Positions 58,481 to 64,000 of a stretch of 64,000 nucleotides of DNA are shown piece after piece. The stretch is from assembly GCF_902713615.1 (NCBI RefSeq), contig NC_052149.1:15294260-15358259 (forward strand). Direction: 5' to 3'. The stretch is from Scyliorhinus canicula. Its lineage: Eukaryota. A program made the translations under genes and the position numbers. The first letter of the stretch is position 1. The number at the start of each line of letters is the position of its first letter. The notes below the pieces were generated by a model. The model worked only from the letters and a program-made list of their open reading frames with translations, was not told where the DNA came from and searched no databases.

Positions 58481-58500
58481 GTTCTGAGCAGCGTTAGAAG
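58481..58500 (+). CDS. TRIM exon 4 (20-bp micro-exon)
   Basis: ttttttgtag|GTTCTGAGCAGCGTTAGAAG|gtaagt; supplies the phase 0->2 link needed for exon 5. Confidence 0.78.
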
Positions 58501-60116
58501 GTAAGTTTAACATTTTAAATTAGTTAATGTACGAAGCTGAATGAATTGCCACTGGAAAATGCTTTACTATTTGAGGCCTCGACTTTACTCAAATCAGCGT
58601 ACTGCAGCTTCAAACTTAGTTGATTTGGCACCCAAATTTTACTCTGGTGAAGAAATGGTTGCCTGCTCAGTTTTATACAACACCACACCAGTTAAGATTG
58701 GAGCACTTGTCATTTTGCAGATGTTGGCAGACAATTTTACATTAAATGTGTGAAGCTGATTCGATAATTCTAACAACCATTGAAACACCCTTGCCCCAAA
58801 ACAAAATCGCATTAAACCAGTGACGAGAGGGGGGGAGGGAGTGTGGCATCATCTTGCAGGCGAGCAACTGCAAGCAGGTTAAACTGGGATTAAACTTCAC
58901 TCTTACTCATTCTACGTTGTGACTCATAGACATTCACTAAACATTGCACTTTAGATCATTGGGCTACCTCTTGGCTATGTTGGCTGATGAACTCTATTTT
59001 AATTGCACTACTTTGGTACATGGGCGTCGCTGGCTGGGTCAGCATTTATTGCCCTTGAGGGGGCCAATTTCAGAACCCACCACAATCTGGAGTGACGCAT
59101 AGGCCAGACCGGGTAAGGATGGCATATTTTCTCCCCCAGCGGACACTCGTGAACCAGGCGGGTTCTTGCAGCCATTGATCCAGATTTTAATTCAAATTTA
59201 ACCATCTGCTGAAGTGGGATTTGAACCCAGCTCCCCAGAGTATTACCCTAAATCTCTGGATTATTAGTCCAGTGGCAATACCAATACACCACCTCCACCC
59301 CTCCGCCTCAGGACCAGCTAACATTAAATCGTTTTAATACAGAGAAGTGAGCCATCATTTCCATTCTCTTTTAGAAAGATTTGAATTTATCTAGCACTTT
59401 TCCTCCGAACATCCCAAAGCGCTTGATAGCCAATCATAGGGGCTGTTTAGCACAAGACTAAATTGCTGGCTTTGAAAGCAGACCAAGGCAGGCCAGCAGC
59501 ACGGTTCAATTCCCGTGCCAGCCTCCCCGAACAGGCGCCGGAATGTGACGACTAGGGGCTTTTCACAGTAACTTCATTCGAAGCCTGCTTGTGACAATAA
59601 GCCATTTTCACTTCATTCATTTTTATTTTTTCATTTTCATTTCATTTCATTTTCATTTCATTTCTTTTTCATTTCATTTCATTTTCATTTCATTTCATTT
59701 CATTTCAAGTACATTGACATTTACTCACTGTCAGAAACATAGGACGAAACAAGTAGAAGTTAATTTAACCAACTCTCCTCACCAGTTTTACTAGAATTGA
59801 GGTATATCAACCAAATAGTTTATATAACTCAGACCAGAATTAACTTTGACGTAAGCACGATACTGCTTAATGAACAGCGGTATGAGTTACCTGTGGGCAT
59901 AGCGGCAATTGTTTTCCTGTCCGGAGCATGTGTTTCCCAGGATTCATTGGAAGGAACTCAACTTCTGTAGTGATTTTTGTTTTTATTTTAATGAGGCATG
60001 TTTGTTCAAACTTGAAAACCTGTCTTTTCGATTCGCGACCTTTTATAGCCTACTTTAAGAAAAAATACAGTGCGTGTTTTTAATTGGTTATCTTCTCCAT
60101 ATTTATGCATTCACAG

Positions 60117-60259
60117 TACAAAAATCAAGGAACAGGACCTTGGTTTAAAAGAGCTTCAGGAGGTGACAAACCACTTAAAAAACATAGTGCCCGAGCCACA
60201 TTTCAGCAAGAAAAGGAACATTCCTAGCATTTTAACAGCTTTGGGGGAATTATTTTCAA
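60117..60259 (+). CDS. TRIM exon 5 (linker)
   Basis: cattcacag|T ACA AAA ATC...TTT TCA A|GTAAGT; phase 2->1. Confidence 0.8.
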
Positions 60260-61364
60260 GTAAGTCCGTGCTAAATGCAATACACCATATAAAATATGCA
60301 GCAGTGCCTGTAAAACTGAACATGCTGTGGTATTCTGGACACAGGAAAAGACTTGTGGATGTTGAAGGCCAATTTTCACTGAGTTCCTTTGGGATGTGGC
60401 CTTCGCCCAACCATCTTCAGCTACTTCATTTAGTCACCTTTGCTCCGTCAAAATTTGCATGGCGTGCTGGTGGTTTCAGCGTGCAACTCCATTCACACTC
60501 CTTCAATAATGAATACGGCAGCCTAAACAGAACCTGGACAAGTGACAGGTGGACGTTGGGTCACTTACATACCAGATAGTGACCATCTCAGGGCAAGATT
60601 GGGCCCAGCCGCCTCACCTTCACTTCAGTGGCATTGCCATCGCCAACTTCCCCACAAGGTGAGAGGCTTGTTGAAGAGGAAGTTGCCTCTCCACCATTGA
60701 GTTTGGGGAATGGTAAAATGCTTACCATTTCCCGGCACGGGTGCAGGTGCAGTGCCACTTACCTCCACACCATTCAGGACGGAGCAGTTTGTTTAGTGCC
60801 CCAACCATTGGGCTGTATATCTGCCCTTGCCACACAGTGGCTGCCGTATGTCTGATTGACAATATGCACAGTCAGATAGTTACTTTGACAGAACATGCAG
60901 CGTCCTGATTGGGCATTTCTATATTTTAATAATGATATCTTTATTAATGTCACAAGTAGGCTTACATTAACACTGCAGTGACGTTACTGTGAAAATCCCC
61001 TAGTCGCCACACTGTTCGGGTACACTGAGGGAGAATTCAGAATGTCCAATTCACCTAACAGGCACTTTTGGGACTTGTGAGAGGAAACCGGAGCACCCGA
61101 AGGAAACCACGCAGACACGGGGAGAAGGTGCAGACTCCGCATGGACAGTGACCCAAGCCGAGAAACTGACCTGGGTCCCTGGCGCTGTGAAGCAGCAGTG
61201 CTAACCACTGTGCTCCCGTGCCACCCTAATTTCGTCCCATACAAATGACGGATCTGTGGTTGAAATCTCCATCGAATTGCCAAGACAGATTCTAACTCGC
61301 CCATGAGTCTTATCTTTTCTAATTTATGCTCGAATGTAACTTTTTTTTTTTTGCCCTCTTCTAG

Positions 61365-61918
61365 ATCAAGTTATCCAATTGGACACGAGCAATGCGCATG
61401 CACAGCTGGAAATAAGTAGGGAAGGCACCACAGTTGGAGCCGTTGAGGGGAAGCACAATGAGGTGTGCAGTGCAGAACGCTTCAGCACCTCTTTCAATGT
61501 GCTGGCCAAGAGAGGCTACATTACTGGCCTTCACTACTGGGAGGTCAGCGTGAAAAACATTCCTTCGTGGGCTGTGGGGGTAGCCTACCAGAGCATCCCA
61601 CGCACGCCACCGGGAAGCAGGCTGGGAACCGAGGAAAGCTCCTGGGCATTTTCTTGCTCAAAAGGGGGCCTTTGCTGCGCTCAACACAACATGGAAGTGA
61701 TGTATTTTCGCTACGAAAAGCAACTGGAAAACATTGGCATCTATCTGGATTGTGACAGCGGCATTCTGACGTTTTGCGATGCAGATTCTGTGCAGTGTTT
61801 GTACACATTCTATTGCACGCTGAAAGCACCGGTGTTTCCTGCCTTTTGTCCAAAGTTTAATGAGAACCAAGAGTTTTCGATGGTCCCCATGATCATTCAC
61901 AGCGGTATCATTGACTGA
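61365..61918 (+). CDS. TRIM exon 6: PRY-SPRY (B30.2)
   Basis: ctcttctag|AT CAA GTT ATC CAA TTG GAC; motifs LDTSNAH, GLHYWEV, WAVGVAY, IGIYLD, VFPAF; stop TGA at 61916-61918. Confidence 0.93.
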
Positions 61919-62971
61919 AATGCATTGCTGTAATGTAGATAATGTGGGCTGTTTCATTTTAGACTGAGGGGGCAGCAGTTCAAACATTTGGTGGGAGGAT
62001 CTCTGGTGGGATGGGAGTTCTCAGAAGAGCTTCCTGCCTCTGACCATATCTTTGTCCACAAACTCACTTCCAGCTAAGAAATGGGCTTCCCCAGCCTCTG
62101 GCATTACACATGAAACTTTCTATGGGATCCTCTCTTCACACATTTTAATATTGTTTGCCACACGCACCCCACATTTTGCGAGATAAACTGGCTGACGAGG
62201 TGGAGCTCCATACCAAGAGTTCTGCCAACTCGGTCTGCCCCAGAGCCGCTGACAAGCTCCCGGCAAAGATTTGCAATTAGTGGTATTTATGGTATTACTG
62301 TACTGGCTTATTTTAATGGCTTTGAGACATGGCTTAATTTGTTGCCCGTCCCAGAATGCCCTGAGGAAATTGACATTTCTTGAACTTGTTCCCAGAAAGC
62401 CTGAAAGCAAAATAATGCAGATGTTGGCAATCTGAAATCGAAACCGAGAATGCTGGACGAACCCAGCAGGTCTGGCAGCATCGTTGGCGAGAGACAGTGG
62501 AGAAACCGCATGTTTCTCCCTCCACAGATGTCGCCAGACCTGCTGAGTTCAGCCAGCATTCTCTGGTTCAGCCTGAATTACTGAGATTTTTTTCGATTGA
62601 AACTGGTGCTGATTCTCTGACTGTTACTGTAAGGCGAGTATTGTGACCACATTGTTCATGGGCCTGGCTGTGCTTGTATGCTATTTTGTTATATTGCTCC
62701 TTATCAGTTATTCCTCATTGGAATTTACTTGTCCTGGTGAATGATTGGTAAAGGGAGGAAGGGGGATGCAATACTAGGACTGGTGCCTTGAACTATGTGT
62801 CACACAGCTGAAGGTTGAAAGCTGCTGAGCTCCCTGTTTTGCTTGAGCAACACTACCATATGCAGCTTAATATAGCCTTCCTTAACTGCCATTTACTTTT
62901 CCGTATGTGTACATTAAAAACTAAAACTGATGTCTTTTCAAAGGTGCATTTTCAGATGGCAGGCATTTTCA

Positions 62972-64000
62972 GCCATGGGGTACAGGTCTCTGGCACAGAG
63001 TCTGTCCCTGGTGCTCAGAAGGGAAGGGGGGAAAAGGAGTAGAACATTAGTCATTGGAGACTCCATAGTTAGGGGGATAGATAGGAGATTCTGTGGGAAT
63101 GAGAGAGACTCGCGGTTGGTGTGTTGCCTCCCAGGTGTCAGGGTCCGTGATGTCTCAGATCATGTTTTCGGGATCCTTAAGGGGGAGCAGCCCCAAGTTG
63201 TGGTCCACATAGGTACCAACGACATATGTAGGAAAAGGGATAGGGATGTAAGGCAGGAATTCAGGGAGCTAGGGTGGAAACTTAGAGCCAGAACAAACAG
63301 AATTATTATCTCTGGGCTGTTACCCATGCCACGTGCTAGCGAGTCGAGGAATTGGGAGAGAGCAGTTGAACACGTGGCTGCAGGGATGGTGCAGGAGGGA
63401 GGGTTTCAGATTCCTGGACAATTGGGGCTCATTCCGGGGTAGGTGGGACCTCTACGAAAGGGATGGTCTACACCTGGACCAGAGGGGTACTAATATCCTC
63501 GGGGGGGGGGGGGGGGGAGAGGTTTGCTAATGCTCTTCGGGAGGGTTTAAACTAGTTCAGCAGGGGATTGGGAACCTGAATTGTAGCTCCAGTACACAAG
63601 AAGCTGAGAGTAGTGAGGTCATGAGTAAGGTTTCAAAGTTGCAGGAGTGTACCGGCAGGAAGGAAGGTGGTCTAAAGTGCGTCTACTTCAATGCCAGGAG
63701 CATCCGGAATAAGGTGGGTGAGCTTGCGGCATGGGTTAGTACCTGGGACTTCGATGTTGTGGCCATTTCGGAGACATGGATAGAGCAGGGCAAGGAATGG
63801 TTGTTGCAGGTGCCGGGGTTTAGATATTTCAGTAAGTTCAGGGAAGGTGGTAAGAGAAGGGGAGGGGTGGCATTGTTAGTCAAGGACAGTATTACAGTGG
63901 CTGAGAGGACATTTGATGAGGACTCGAATACTGAGGTAGTATGGGCTGAGTTAAGAAACGGGAAAGGAGAGGTCACCCTGTTAGGGCTTTTCTATAGGCC
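62972..64000 (+). mobile_element. 5'-truncated CR1 LINE: ORF1 SGNH-esterase part (frameshifted) and start of ORF2 endonuclease (from about 63621, off window)
   Basis: GDSIVRG, VHIGTND and DGLHL esterase motifs; then CVYFNARSIRNKVGEL, VAISETW, GGVALLVK AP-endonuclease motifs. Confidence 0.88.

Overview
Vertebrate genomic DNA, most likely a shark or other cartilaginous fish, judged from dense HE1/V-type and Deu-type SINEs and CR1/Rex LINE debris. Two host genes sit head-to-head around a CpG-rich promoter at about 49.6-50.5 kb. One is an ODF2-family coiled-coil gene (ODF2L-like) on the minus strand, with 12 coding exons traced from 37880 down to 1271 and running off the left edge. The other is a complete 6-exon RING/B-box1/B-box2/coiled-coil/PRY-SPRY TRIM gene on the plus strand (50547-61918, about 555 aa). 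The main feature is a very young, fully open 9.7-kb retrovirus-like provirus (21344-31024, TSD CTGT) inserted antisense into the middle of an ODF2L-like coding exon. It has a coiled-coil Gag, UGA-readthrough Gag-Pol, a retroviral-type dual RNase H, a tRNA-Arg-like PBS and no env. In place of env is an apparently spliced 117-aa single-pass membrane ORF with FAST/sORF-like features. Its two LTRs are identical in U3 but have different U5 ends. Also present: a full-length SINE sitting exactly between two copies of a 3.1-kb duplication (apparent giant target-site duplication), a 30-bp minisatellite, a 37-bp array of tandem splice donors, three solo LTRs, Harbinger- and hAT-type MITEs, and a truncated CR1 LINE at the right edge. 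All calls are by eye; no searches were run.
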